DNA from: Hydrolagus colliei
Taxonomy: Eukaryota
Direction of reading: 5' to 3'
NCBI GenBank assembly: GCA_035084275.1
Contig: CM068743.1
Coordinates: 47,802,001-47,866,000, forward strand
Length of the DNA: 64,000 nucleotides
Part shown: positions 39,001 through 52,949 of the stretch, in pieces
Layout of the letters: each line of letters begins with the position of its first letter
Numbering within the stretch: the first letter of the stretch is position 1
Position numbers and translations under genes: made by a program
The notes under the pieces: generated by a model
Databases searched by the model: none
What the model saw: the letters and a program-made list of their open reading frames with translations, nothing else
Told to the model about the DNA's origin: nothing

Positions 39001-40607
39001 TAAGTGAGAACTTCCTCTAACTGGAACGGAAATCTACTCTGATGCAATTTACTTCTGGAGCAGAGTTCCCATGAGTCAATGGGATTTCTAACAGGGAATT
39101 CTTCCATATTAAGCAATCCCATTAAGAAATACCACAAAATCTTAATGAAAAAGAGAAAATCTGACATGTATCCCCAGGAGACCAAATGGGCAAAAAACGG
39201 ACAAAGGTACAGCATGAAAAAGATTACAGCAAACCTTGAGAATAGAAGGAAATTTGAACCTAACAGTGCGTATCATTAGAGGGTTAGCTGCTATTCAAAG
39301 AAATCATAACAGTGGAGACAATACCTCACAAGATGGATTTTCCAAGTGAAATAAAGTCAGGCACCAGTATATTTTATTTCAGTCTGGCAAGCTGGTCTTT
39401 GACGTATTCATAAGCAGTCCCCTCCCAGTTAGTCATTTACTATGGAACTGGCTTCATTTCCAGTACCTCTGAACCCCATTGGAAAAGGTTAGAGTTACAG
39501 TGTGGTACGTGCTACTCTACTGTACCACAGTTCACTCTATTCCCAGGTGTACGATGTGTGTGTTCACAGGCCAAATGTTTAAGTTTTTGTTGGCTACCTG
39601 CCACACACTAAATTCTCAAAACAAATGGGGGAAGAACTTTAGCTTTTAATCTGTGGTTTCTCTGAGATCCTTGACTGCCCATGTTTGCGGTGTGTATTAA
39701 AAACCTATTCGGCACGGTGTCCCTAACTGTTCTTTTGTTTCGTTTTCATAGCCTGAACTAATTGATATCCCGGGGAGAAGATCAGCAAGACCATTTTGAT
39801 ACCTCTCTAGAACAGAAAGGCAAACGTATAAGGCCTTCTGCAGAGCTTCGAGATACAGTATAATGTTTGGTGTGGGCAGTTTATATGGTTTTGAATGACT
39901 TTGTGCAGTGCACATCTGGAAACAATTTCAGACATTCTTCGTAGATTAAAGCATTTATTTTTATAAAGAGGTTAGCCTGCGAGATTTCAAGCATGGTGAA
40001 TTTAGTTACATAGAAAGTGGAGCTCCCTTTAATCCTTAAAGCGTTAATGTTCTGAAAAAAACTAAGTGCAGTTTGAAGGCTGAGTGTTAAGTGAAGTCAC
40101 TCACTGAATATCAGGTCTGCATTACCCTCAGTTCAGAGATGCCGAGTGCTACAACTATTGAGATCATCGAGTTTTCAAGTTTCTTATGAGACAGCAACAG
40201 GAAAGGGCCATTTAGACCATCAAGCCTCTTTTGCTAGAACATACTAACATTCTAGTTTTCAATTTTGTCTCTTCTCCTGAATAAATGACCATATTGGAGG
40301 TATAGTTCCAAGGGCACAGTCATGCTCCCACATGGTTATTGTTCATGTATAAAGGTGGATAATGAGGTTTGAGTGGGGCAGGCAAACACAAATGTGCTTA
40401 TCCTGTCAGCACGCAATCCTGGTTAAAGATATGTAGGTGCTTCCCGCAAAGGAAAGAAAAATCAAAGGGTAAATTACAATACATTCTATTAATAGAGCTA
40501 GTAGGAGTCTCATTGTTGGAAGCCTGGAAGCCAGACCACTTTCCCAGTCTTCAGCCAGTGAATGGTGAATATTACAGGGAATACCTAGAGAGAGAGAAAA
40601 AAAGAAT

Positions 40608-40956
40608 CTGACATAGCACCTTATCACATTGTTGAGACGTCTCATAACGCTTCACAGAATATATTGTAAAGTGGATTGACTGTAATTTTTGTGTGAAATG
40701 TGGCAGCCAATTATACACAGCAGTGTCCAAACAGTCGTGGATTAAGTGACTAATTTCTTATTATTATTTGTTTTTGAAGGAATTACTACCCCCAGAAAAG
40801 CAATCGCCAATCAACTAAACAACCGGTTTCCTACTTACTGCCAAGTAAACAGAGGGGTGTGGAGTAAGGCAACTTGCCCAATGTTTCGCCCTGTTGGGAA
40901 TCAAACCTAGGTCTCGCTTGCGAGGCGAGTGCTCTAACCACTGAGTTATAGGACTC
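40608..40956 (-). mobile_element. Dominant SINE, long subtype
   Basis: Reverse head and body. Confidence 0.85.
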
Positions 40957-41434
40957 CAAGATAACTTGAGCATGCATATAGTTTTCTCCCTTTATCTCTC
41001 TAAAAATAACAAATACTCCAAAAGCAATACTCGCTATTGATGGCTGTGTCTTATGACTAAATAGGCAAACTTCCTCTATCATGGCATCTTAATGCCTGTC
41101 CTCGATTATGGTCATTTGGAAAATCAACATTAGGGTTACAAAATCTTTGAAAGGGGTTCAATTTGCTTAATGTGGCTTCCAGCTTGCTCATAACATTGTG
41201 GGATTCAATTCCAAATTCCTCCAAAGTAAATTGCAATCCCAAAGCTAAAAAAAGCATTTGATGCATACACGAGCAAAGAGGGAATAGAGGGGTACAGGAG
41301 GGTAGAATACGATAAGTGGTGGGTTGTGTGGAATGTAAATACTGGCACAGATGAATTGGGCCAAATAAACTGTTTTTAGTATCACCTTATTTCATTCTAT
41401 GTAAGGCTGTTTTGCAGCCAACATTTTGGTTTTT

Positions 41435-42022
41435 GACCTATTCCCAAACCCTGGTCCATGCCTTCATCACCTCATGCCTGAACTATTCAAATGCCCTCCT
41501 CGCCGGTCTCCTCTCCACCACAATCCATAAAATCCAATTAATCTATAACTCTGCCGCCTGCATACTCACCTGCACCAAACTTTGCTTCCCCATTACCCCA
41601 GTCCTTGCCAGACTTCACTGGATCCCTATCCCCGAGAGGATCGACTTCAAGATCCTCACCCTTGTTTTCAAATCCCTCCACTCCTCTGCACCCCCCCTAC
41701 CTCTCTGACCTCCTCTCCAAACCAGCTCCTGTTGTCTTCGCTCCACTGGGTCTGGCCTCCTCTATTTTCCTGAATCCTCCGCTTCACCCTCGGCAGCCGG
41801 GCCTTCAGCCACTATGCCCCGAGGCTCTGGAACTCCCGTCCCCACTACCTTCGCCTTGCCCCCTCTCTTCCCAGTTTCAGGTCCCAGCTGAAGACCTTTC
41901 TCTTCGACTCCGCCTTTGGTCACCTTTCTACCCCTGCCCCTAGCTCGGTCCCGGGATCCGCTATCGTGAAGCGCTCTGAGATGCCGTCCAGCATGGAGGG
42001 CGCTATATAAATCAAAGTTGTT
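41435..42022 (+). mobile_element. Young L2 LINE 3' fragment (same family as 57049-57583)
   Basis: TLVHAFITSCLNYSNALLAGL...RLHWIPIPERIDFKIL; tail GCGCTATATAAATCAAAGTTGTTG. Confidence 0.9.
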
Positions 42023-42124
42023 GTATTCCCCTAACTTTTCTGATCTTTTCTCGGCTGACCAATTCAAAACACCAGAATAAACTGACAGGGATTCTAACAT
42101 CTGGTTTGCAGACACCACAACTTA

Positions 42125-42340
42125 TTTGCCGGTGGAAGGCATCACAGCCGAGTTGAGTGCTGTTCTCACCAATATCACCATGTGCACTTTCCAGCAGCAA
42201 TCACTATATAGTGACTATGAACAAGATCCGCTGCTATTGATGAGATCAGCTAACTCAGCAGTGACCCTGAATCGAACCCGTGACTTCCTGTTCTCCTCTG
42301 CTAACTGGGGAGGTGCTCCTACCCACTAGACCAGGAGGGG
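42125..42340 (-). mobile_element. Older tRNA-headed SINE of a different family
   Basis: Reverse B-box GGTTCGATTC followed by GCTGAGTTAGCTGATCTC; a related segment lies at ~1270-1390 on the + strand. Confidence 0.5.
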
Positions 42341-42994
42341 AGCCATCTGCCAGCATTTAAGAGATTTGTTTGATTGTACTGTATCCTTGCATTTTACTTT
42401 TTGCTCAATCTCTAATCATTCTATTTCATTCCCTGACAGGCTGTTGCTCTTAACAAAAAAACAATCAGTTAATGGGACAGGTTAACAGTGAACGTGAAAT
42501 AAACCTTCAGGCCAAAAACTGACCTGTAGAAATAAAAAATGATGCTTGATGCAACGAGTCATCTTTAATCGCTAATATCCTTTGTACTGTGAAAGAACAT
42601 TATCTTTGATTGTAATATAGCATTGCAATAATCTAATCCACACCCATGACAAATTCCTCTTTACAAACTGGAATTTTATTATTTCTTGTGGCTAGTTTAC
42701 ACAGATTAAATCAAATTAAATGTGTGGAATTCAAGATCCTCATCCCTGCATCCATTTCCCTCCTATCTCTCCCTCTGCACCCACTTGCAACTGCTCTCTC
42801 TGTTCAGCTGTCACTGACTCGCTTCATGTCCCCCACCCAATCCACTCCACTATCTGCGGTGGACCAAGCTTTCAATCTTCCTCCTCTGCTCTCTGGTACT
42901 CAATTCTGGAGTCCTACTGCTTCTCCATCTTCACCTTTAAAGCTATCGTAAATCCTTTCTTTTCAACTGCACTTCTGGTCACCTTCTCTCGGTG

Positions 42995-43490
42995 GCTTGG
43001 CTCAGTGGTCAGCACTCTTGTCCTTGGGTCGGAAGGCTATGGCTTCAAGTTGTATGTCAGGGACTTTGAGCCCAAGGTCCAGGCTGGACCTCGCCCCCTC
43101 CCTGGCCTCCTTCATGTCCTACCTCAAGACCCTCCTCTTCGACGGTCCCATCGGTCACCTCAAATACCCACCTTGCCCTCCACACTCCCCATCACCGACC
43201 CCAGCTCGAGTCTGAAACAATGACTGTCCAGCGCCTTGGGACGTCCTCCTGATGTGAAAGACGGTATACAAGTACAATTTCGTTGTTGTTGTTGGCACTC
43301 CATTGCCATGCTGGGATATATATTGTTGGAGATACAAACCTTCAGATGAAATGTTACATGTCCAATGTGTATGTTCAGATGGATGTTAAAGAACTCATGA
43401 CACTATTCAAAAAGAGAAATGATTTTCTCCTGCTGTCATAGTCAATAATTCTCTAGTTAAATTGATCAGTTGCTGTTTGTGGAACTTGAT
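42995..43490 (+). mobile_element. Deu-domain SINE split by an L2 3' end (~43090-43293)
   Basis: Head TGGCTCAGTGGTCAGCACTC; resumes after the (GTT)n tail with CACTCC...CAGATGAAATGTTA. Confidence 0.7.
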
Positions 43491-43535
43491 GATTATTTTG
43501 CAATGATATTTTCGGCAAATGATAAACGATCACAA

Positions 43536-43812
43536 TACAATAATAATAATAATCCTTGCATTTGATATAGCGCTTTTCACGTCTTCTAGACGTCTCAAAG
43601 TGCTTCAGAGAATATACTATAAAGTGAATTGATTATATATTTGTGGGTGGAATGCAACAGCCAATTGTGCACAGCAGTGTCCACAAACAATCGTGGATTG
43701 AAATGATCAATTTTTTATTATTTTTTCAAGGGATTATTAATAGACATGTGGAGTGACGAAACTTGCCCAAGGTTTCGCCCTGCCTGAAATCAAACCCAGG
43801 TCTCTTGCTTGT
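43536..43812 (-). mobile_element. Dominant SINE
   Basis: Reverse body and tail. Confidence 0.85.
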
Positions 43813-45506
43813 AATTGATCATGTCACATACTTAAGTGCTTTAGGAGTCTACACTGCATTAGGGGTGCTAAATAAATGTAAGCTGTAATTGTTGTTGGAT
43901 CACGTTTGTCACCCCAAATGAAAAGCATGGAAAGTGCCAAAAAATATTTATGGATTTAAATAGCAGTTGGTTGTTAAGAAAGGCGTTTTCGGCAATGTCG
44001 GCCGATAATGGGATTTCCCCATTATAATCGTGCATTACAAACAGCACCTTAGCTGTTTGTAATCCAATTGGATTTTCAATTCAACATAGTCAAGGATAAA
44101 CTTAAACACTGGAGAAAGGAATGCCTCGTTACACTGCTGACAAAACACATTGATGTTCTGGGGAGTAGAAGCACCCACAGCCTAAAGGATTCTCCAAACT
44201 TTTCTCCTGAAATATAAATGTGATTTAAGGTAAGATTAAAGCAGCTCTGACATGAGTTTGAGTAATTTGACCAAGACTTGGCTCAAAATGACAACTAATT
44301 TTCTAATCACGTGGGGTTGTAACCAGATACCATGTGACGGAAATGCATATTGCTTCCGGGGGGTAATAATCCCTCCCAAAAAAATGTAATAAAAATAATT
44401 GGTCACTCAACCATGACTATTTCTGGGACATCGCTGGGTGCAATTGGCTTCCTTGTTTTCCCCACAAAACACATAGTCACTACATTTTACAGAATATCCT
44501 GTCTCACTACGTGATAAGGTGCCATATCAAATACAAGGATTATTATTATTATCTTCCAACTGTGTTAAGGACTGAAAAAAATCACGCATAAAACTTGATG
44601 CAGAAAAATCACCTCAAGAAATACTAGTTTCTGTTTAAAAAAAAATTGGGGTTAATAACTTGAGGCGAGATTGATATAATCTATTCCCTTGATACATTTC
44701 AGAAACAAGAGAAATTAAGCTTGATTAAATTTTGAAAGCTATATTTAAACAATTGATATATGCTACTAGCTGTGCTTTGAATTCTGTATCTAAATCATGC
44801 TGTTCAATGTATGTTTGATAATATACTGGTGTAATCTATCAGATCTGTATAGAGTATAGAGATGAAGACGCAGTTACAATCTGTCTAGCTATAATTTAAT
44901 ACTAAGAACTTTAATGAATTACTTGAGTCCATTTGGGCCTGATGGAGGAAGCCTGGAAATTTACTCATGGGGACAGTTTTGTGCCATTTGCCAGACATTC
45001 TGTGCTTGCAAAAACAATTAGCTCCTTGGGACATCCTCCTGATGTGAAAGGCACTATACAAGTGTAATTTTGTTGTTGTTGTTGAAATGTTTCGGGAGCC
45101 CAGATGCCCATTGGCCAGTGACATGGGAATCTCTTAATGATATTTTCTAGGAAATTGGGAAGACAGGAAGAGGATGAAGGCATTCAGCCCATCAAGTCTT
45201 GTTTTCTTATCACATCTTATATTCCTAATATCCTGCCCTTTTATACCTCTATGTCCCAAGTGGCTGGATCTGGATCTAATAATCCTTTTGTTTGTTATAG
45301 TGTGATTCAGGTCAGGAGGAAAATCTCAAACCACTTCAAATTATATAATGTAAAGTGTTATGACTGTAGTTTGCGGGCAAAGTTGGCAACCAATTTGCGC
45401 ACAACAATGTCCCACAAACAACCATGACATGATATTATCTAGAATATTTTTAGCTCTAATGTTATTGTTATGGTATGACTGATTCATAGATGCTTGGTTT
45501 AAAAGT

Positions 45507-45725
45507 GGGGTCTAATTTGCAATAGGGACACAACAGGTGGGAAGCAGTAACTTGAGCCAACCATGGGCTTTGTGCGGTGAGCAATCGCTGCCTAAGTGGT
45601 CAGATTGGGGCTCACAATTTTCAAAAGCTGTGGAAGGGCATAAAAAGGCCACAGAGCAAAGCAGACGGCTGTGAAGAAGTGGCATTTTGCCTTTCATAAG
45701 GGTCTAATTTTGCAAATTAGACCCT
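45507..45725. mobile_element. Small MITE-like element with GGG termini (superfamily uncertain, PIF/Harbinger-like)
   Basis: 15-bp perfect TIR GGGTCTAATTTGCAA (45508-45522) / TTGCAAATTAGACCC (45710-45724); no clear TSD. Confidence 0.55.
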
Positions 45726-47779
45726 TATGTTTCAAATGATTTCTCTGGGATTTATAACACAAAGGTCAGAGCAAATAGTGAGCTCAACAGGATCATTTGT
45801 TTCTTTATTCGGAAATGTTGTCACAATAATAATCAGCCTTACATTTGGTATAGCGCCTTTCACAGTGGAGGATGCCTCAAAGCGCTTCCCAAGATTCATT
45901 GTAAATTGTGGTGCCGATGATTTCTAGAACTTCATTATCGCTATCTAGCTTGAAGTTTATCCCATTCAAATAGTTGTTTTAAAAACAAATTGTGGTTACA
46001 TTTTTGGCCCATTCATATCCTTAACTAGAAAAACACAATTAATATCTACCAGACCAGACCCTGGCGGTATCTTCTGACATACAGAGCACTCTCCACATCT
46101 GCGTCGCCAGCTGGTAGACAGATTTTGGTTTGCTCTTTAGTCTGTCGGGTCTTGGCTTGCTGTTTATTTTTATATTATCCCTGTCTAGCAAAGTTATGTG
46201 CATTTAATGTTCAACAATGAGCAACTTTCCTTCTTTTCCAATGCTCTTAGAAGAACCAACAATGAAGATATTTATCAATGTGATGGCGATCGTTCTTCAT
46301 TCAACATTTTCTGAAAAATCTCTACTCTTCATTGCATTCAAATTGTCTTTAAATAATAAGAGGGAATTTGATTTAAAACTCTCATAATAGCAACAACTTG
46401 CACTTGCATAACGCCCTTCACATAGGATAGCATCTCGTAGCACCGCTAGAAAGATAATTACATTATTCAAGATAATGTTGAAATGTCACAAAATTGATCC
46501 AATGGCACACAACATACAAATTACACTTGCACAATGGTGTTGATGGTGACTTGAGGTACAGATCAGCTATGATCTTACAGAATGATAGAAGAAGCTCAAG
46601 GAGCTGAATGGTCTACTCCTGTTCCTATGTTTAAATTTTTCTATGTAACCTGTCATTGCTTGTCAAGCCATTCAGACTCTTTTTCCTGTCTTTAAATTCT
46701 TGGCCACATGAAAGACTATATTGATTTCCCAGACTACTTCAGCCAATGTGTGAATGCCAAGAACATATTGAAAGCTTTTAAATTTAAACAAGCATCCTTG
46801 TTAATTATTTACTTAATTTTGCACCTGTAGTTAGTTTCTCCTAAAATATAATTTAGAAAATTATCCTTGCATTTGATTTTGTGATTTCACATCAGGAGGA
46901 TATCTCAAAGCACTTGACAGGATGTACTTTGAGACGTCTTACTGATGTGATAAGGCACTTCATCAAGTGCAAGGATTATTATTATATTATACATGTGGTG
47001 CCTGTGTGTTTTGTAGTCATACGTATTTGGGGCAATTTGCAATGTTCCACCGATTGGGCACAGCAGTGTCCAACAAACAGTTGTGGATACCGTTTGAATA
47101 CCAACGTATCATTTTTACCATCGGTACAAAATTAAGACATGGCAATTAGCAAGAATTGAAGTAGTCTGTTTCTGTTTGTCAAGTTGTACATTGACAGCTT
47201 AATTTCCAATTAATGGAAAATGACAATTTGAAAAATGTTCCAGGGGCATATTGCATTGGTCACACTTTACTGCCTGAGAACTTTAACACGGACTTTCAAG
47301 ACCAGTGGCAGTGTTAATGGGGTGGGGTGGGCAGTGGGTGGGGGGATTCCTTTAGGTATATGTGTGGCAGCTTTTCAAGCATATTATGCAATTGTCCATT
47401 ATTGGGGATCGCTTGAAGTGAGTTTTAAACAAATCTTGGTTGTTTCCAGCTGGGGTTTGAGCTTTTGGGGGAAGTAGCTGACTGGGGGTAGTGGCTACTG
47501 GGAAATTATGCAACCTGCGGGGCCCACAAGAAGGGTCCCATGGTTGCAAAATCTGTGCGAGATGATTTCCTCCAAGTCGTGTGCCAGAGCAGTGAAAAGT
47601 AACAATGAAAACTGATTACTAGAAATGTGAAATAAAAACAGAAAATGCTACAAGGGCATTGCATGTCAGTCAGCACTGAAGATGACAGACAAGTCAACAT
47701 GTTGCTATACGCTTTGGTATTCAACTGCTGGCTACCGCTTCATTTACTTCTTTGAATAGAAGGATAAGAGTAAGACTAG

Positions 47780-47895
47780 AAAATATATGTACTCTATGGA
47801 TGGGATAGAACTTGCCAAGAAAGCTGCCAAAAGAGATCTGAGCATCGCAGTTGACTCATTGTTCACCATGTCAAAATAGTGTGAGGTAGCAATAA
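47780..47895 (+). mobile_element. CR1 ORF2 fragment
   Basis: YSMDGIEL...KRDLSIAVD..TMSK resembles Y.L.G..L....ERDLGV.VD..L.MS. Confidence 0.5.
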
Positions 47896-50224
47896 TAAAA
47901 AAAAATAATCCTCACATTTGACATAGTGCCTCATCTCATTCTCGAGATGTCTCAAAGCACTTCACAGAATACACTATAACGTGAATTGACTGTATATTTT
48001 GTGGGTGATATGCATTTCATTTAATAAATATCGCTGGAATTTTCATGTTTAGCCGGAATGCATGGAACTCTCAGTGTGGTTTGGATATTCTGCGTACAAC
48101 CAATTGTGCACAGCAGGGTCCCACAAACAACTATGGATTAAGTGACCAATTTATTATTATTATTTTGAAGGAATTATTACCCACAGAAGTGCAATCTGCC
48201 AATCAAATAACAACCAAGTTCCTACATAGAGGTTCCTGCCCTCCTATCTCTCGGCCCTTCCTCATTCCAATCCTGCCTACACTGCCTCCCCCATTCTCGG
48301 GTCCTGACTCCCGACTGTTCAGCGCCTTGGGACATCCTCTCGACATGAAACAAGCTCTACAAGTGTAATTGTGTTGTTGTTGGTTCCTTGAGCCCTGTCC
48401 AATGTATAATGTTCAATGCCAGAACGGCGTTCACCAGAAGCTAGCAAATTGCTGCACCACAACTGGATTTGTTTGGCAACAATCACTATTGTCACTTGGT
48501 CAGCTGGATATCTGACACATGCGGAAAGCCATCATCATGCTTAAAAATATCTAAACCATACTCAGAATTCCATACATCCTTCCTATGCAAGGAAATTGAT
48601 TAGTTATTTATTGGAATGGAATGAGCACTCTCTCTGGAGGGACACATCTTGCTTACCTGATTTAGGAGAGTATTAGGTACAGGTTGGCAAGAGCCAAGGC
48701 TTGGATACCCTAAGTGTGCGTTGGGGTACTGCTGGAGCCTAACCAGTTAAAACACAATAACTTGCCATTGAAAGCACAATCTAGCAAGCTTTTCCATTAC
48801 TTGACCAGCTAGGATCACATCATCCATTAGAGCTCTGGTTTGCAGGGCTAGCAACAACCACAACATAATTACATTTGTTTAGCATCTTTCACATTGAGAG
48901 GACATCCCAAGGTACTGGACAGTCAGTGTTTCAGATCAGAGGTGGGGTTGGGTTCGGAGAGGGTGGAGGGAAGGGAGGGGAAGGGGGTTGACCAATGGTG
49001 GAAGAAGTGGGTCTTGAGGAGGAACTTGAAGGAGACTGGGGAGGAAGCGAAGTGGAGGGATTGCTAAATTGAATTCCAAAGGTTGGAGGCAGAGTGGCTG
49101 AAGAGCCAGTGCCCTAAGATGGTTCAGGAACTGGACTATAACAACAACAAAATTACATTTATGGTGTCTATTGAGACTATCAGAGATGGTTGACTCAATT
49201 CTGGCATTCCATTCCCAAACATGTTACCTTTCAAGCTGGTGCAGCATCAAGGAGAATCTGCTTACCTCCTGAAGGAGAATAGTCACTAGTTGGTCATTTG
49301 GTATATGAGCCATCACTCGGTGGCTGGCAGGCATCAGGAACTTTATCTGAGCTCCTTGGTAAGGAGCAAGGAGCATGAAATGTGAGAGAGCTTTGCCATC
49401 ATTTTCCTACCCACAGCTCTGACACACATCCCTTCCCATTGAGCGTGTTGGGAGCTTGAGCAGCAGCTACTTTGCTCCATTCTGAACAATCAAGGTAGAT
49501 CCTGAGCCTCTTATGTTGACTGGGCGTGACATTCATCATAGAAGTATTTCTGCCAGGGTATTTAGGTTACTATCATTTTCAGATGGTAATGCTATATTGA
49601 TATAAATTACCAACATTGCTCATTAACCTTTCAGCTGTAGTGCAAGAGCATTAATTTATAAAGCCTGGATAAGTTACTGCTCATGCCTACATGCCAAAGT
49701 GGACATAATTCTTTTAAATAACCAACTCTCATACTGCCAATAAAAAGGACTGTCAGCACCGGACCTCAATATATTTTCTCCACCTAAAAAATGATGCAAA
49801 TGTTCACTGGTAAATGACAAAGGAACCTTCCATCTATTAGTGCATTGCTGCAGGAGTCTTCAAAGCCAGCAGAGGACGAGAAGGGGATGGTGATAACCAC
49901 CATAGTGATTTATTGACCCCATATTTAGTATCTGGCCTTCAAAGACAATGCAAAGTTTAAGAATCAGAAAAGCTGTTATGATTATGCATTTGATACAATG
50001 ATCATTTATTTCCATAGCATTGCCGAAGGTGATAAACTGACTCTTTAAAGCATTACTTTCTATACAGCTTAATCACTTCAAATTCAACGCTCACTAGTCC
50101 GGGTACAATGAGTGTCTGCCAAGCGATGACATCTTGCCTATTTCCCCAGAGAGGAGAATGCCTGAACTAAATGAACTCTGTCCTTTGCTGAAATAGCAGA
50201 AACATGTCATTTACCTGAAAAATG

Positions 50225-50450
50225 TGTCAGCCTGGCTCAATTTGTAGCACTCTCACCTCTGAGACTGAAGGCTGTGGGTTCAAGCCCCATGTCAGCACCT
50301 TGAAATTAGTTTTTCTAAGCTGACACTCCAGTGCAGTACTGGCTTGGGGGATGGGGGTAGTGTCCTGCATTGTTCAAATGGCCATCCTTTGGAATGAGGT
50401 GTTAAAACTGAGGTCCTATCTGTCCATTCAGGTGGATGTTACAGCTATTT
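50225..50450 (+). mobile_element. Deu-domain SINE 5' part
   Basis: GCTGACACTCCAGTGCAGTACTG; head CACCTCTGAGACTGAAGGCTGTGGGTTCAAG. Confidence 0.75.
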
Positions 50451-50454
50451 GGTT

Positions 50455-51610
50455 ATAGCTGGTTATATGTCGATCTCTCTGCTGGCTTCAATTTTGTTGA
50501 ACATTTTATTCTCCTACACAACCTCTACTCTCAGCTCAATTTTTGCGGACCTGTCCTTGCCTGGTTCGATTCTTACCTCTCCCACCATCTCCACTTGGCT
50601 GCCACTAACGCTTCTCCTATTCCCATACCATCACATGTGACAACCCAGAGGGCTCTAACCTTGGCCCTCAATTTCTCTATATCTATATGCTCCCACGGAG
50701 ACATCATCCGTAGACATGGGATCAACTTCCAAATATATACAGATGATACCCATCTCCATCTCTGCCTCCACCCTTGATTCCAGGATCCTTGCTGTCCTTG
50801 CAGAATGCCTGTCGGACTTCAAGCCTGGGATGAGAGCTAACTTCCTGCAGTTGAATGTCAACAAGACTGAGGCCCTCCTGCTTGGCTCTCGTTTATGCCT
50901 CCATACCTCAGGCACTGACACCATGGCTGCATTTTACATCTCATGGAGCCAATATGGATCCTCAGCAACCTGTCCGACCCCCAATTGTGCTTCATAATCT
51001 ACATCTATCCAATGACCCGCTCCATCATTCCCCACCTCCGCAAAATCACTCAGCTCTCCCATTGTTTCACTCTGCAGGCCACTGAGACCCTTATACATGC
51101 ATGCATAAAATACAGGCTTGACTATGCAAACTCCCTGCTTGTCAGACTCCCCAACTACTCCCTTCATAGGCTGCAGATCATCAAGAACTCACGCCCATCC
51201 TTGCCCGACTCCACTGGCTTCCGATCACAAAGGATACAGTTCAAGATCCTTGTCGTCACTTTCAAAGCCCTCCATGGCCTTGCTCCCCTCTACCTCTACA
51301 ACCCTCTACCAACCTGCCCCCTTCTCTCCATTAAGCCCGCTTCAGGTCCCCGCGGCACCATTGGCAGGCGAGCCTTCAGCTACTCTGCCCCCATACTCTG
51401 GAGCTCCATTCCAGAGTCCCTCCACCTCGCCCCCACCCTTGCATCCTTCAAGACCCCCCTCTTTTACTGTGCCTTCAGTCACCCTCCATCTCTCCCTGCC
51501 CTCAACCCTCCCTAATCTTGACCCCAGCTCAGGTTCGAAACACTGATTGACCAGCACCTTTGGACATCCTACCTATGTGAAAGGCACTATACAAGTGTAA
51601 TTTTGTTGTT
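50455..51610 (+). mobile_element. L2-clade LINE, decayed RT to 3' end
   Basis: DLSAGFNFVEHFILL, HGINFQIYTDDTHL (YADD), NFLQLNVNKTEALL, RLDYANSLL, FKALHGLAPLYL; tail TACAAGTGTAATTTTGTTGTT. Confidence 0.9.
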
Positions 51611-52949
51611 AAATTTGAGCAAAACCCCAATGCACATTCTGGGGTCCCCAAGCCTTGTCGCTTGCCAGCTTGTGCCTAATGTAGAGTCCCGCTTGGAAGA
51701 GAATGCAAACTCAATTCCAGATACAAGCGAATTTCCATATGTGGGTGGTATACACATGTGAAGCTCAGTCTGGTTGGAAACTGTTGAGGATGGGAAAGAT
51801 TTTCTGCAAGTGTCAGACAACTGATTGACCAGAAAACCCCACACAGGTAACAAAGCGGTTTAGTTGGTTAAATATTGCATTTGAAATTTATAGAAGGCAG
51901 GGATCTATGCTGATTATGTTTATTACTTATGAGGCCACAAAAAAAGCTCTTTCATATGTCCCAGGATTAATACTTCCAGACAAGGCCGACATCTGCTCCT
52001 TCTAATCTGCAGTGGCTTCCATGGAGAAAGAATTGGGCTGCTATTTTCTCAGCATGTGTTTGCATTCAGTCTCATGATTTGCCTGAGTTCATTGAACTTC
52101 TTCCAAACATCTTTCTATGTTTTATGACTGTAGGAATGGTGCTGATTATATCGCCTACCTCTGGCTATGCACATCCAGATTCAGTTGAAAACGAGATTTT
52201 TTTGTTTGAAATCTGCAAAATTGTCATTCATTGCCAACTGTTTACTTGCATTCTGCATGAAAACTTACTTTGGCTGACATACAATTGAATACATTACATT
52301 GCTTATGAACTAAAAACGACAACAATAACTTGCACTTATATCATGCCCTCCCCAAAGGGTATTATTTCAGAGTGCTTAACACTGGCCATAGCCTGACTCT
52401 GAGCTGGGGAGGAGGGAGAAGTGTAGCGCCTTGAGACATCCTCGCAACATGAAAGGCTCTATACAAATGTAATTTTGTTGTTGTTGTAAGCATGGTCAAA
52501 GAGGAAGGTTTTCAGGCGGGACTTGAAAAATGGGAGAGAGAGGGCAAGATTGTATGTGTAGTTTGCACTGCTGCCCTTTACACAATTATATCGGCATCTG
52601 TCACAAGAGACCCAAGTATCCCCAAATCTGATGTGGCTTGAATGATATTTGCTATTTAATAAACTACATGATAATGTGTTGGACTGGTGCTGCTCTGCTT
52701 TTTGCAAATGCAAGTCTCCAGCAGAATGATGGAGCCATTATATATTTACAGTAATCTGGAGCAGAATAAGGCACACACCCTCTGACTTTGACAGCTTCAT
52801 TAAATTTGCAGATATTTGTCTCTCTTCTCTAATGTTTGAATAAAGATGTTTTATGAGCAGTAATACCAATGACATCAAAACTTAAATTTACCATTTGTGA
52901 TGTTTGCCGATGCATTTACTTAAGTGTTGGTGACAAAGAAATTGTTGTG

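Noticed and set aside
49266-49268. 3-nt microexon-like motif ctattctccttcag|GAG|gtaagc (minus)
   Set aside because: Another AG lies ~20 nt upstream, there is no proximal UGC, and the region looks like an old SINE remnant; probably chance.
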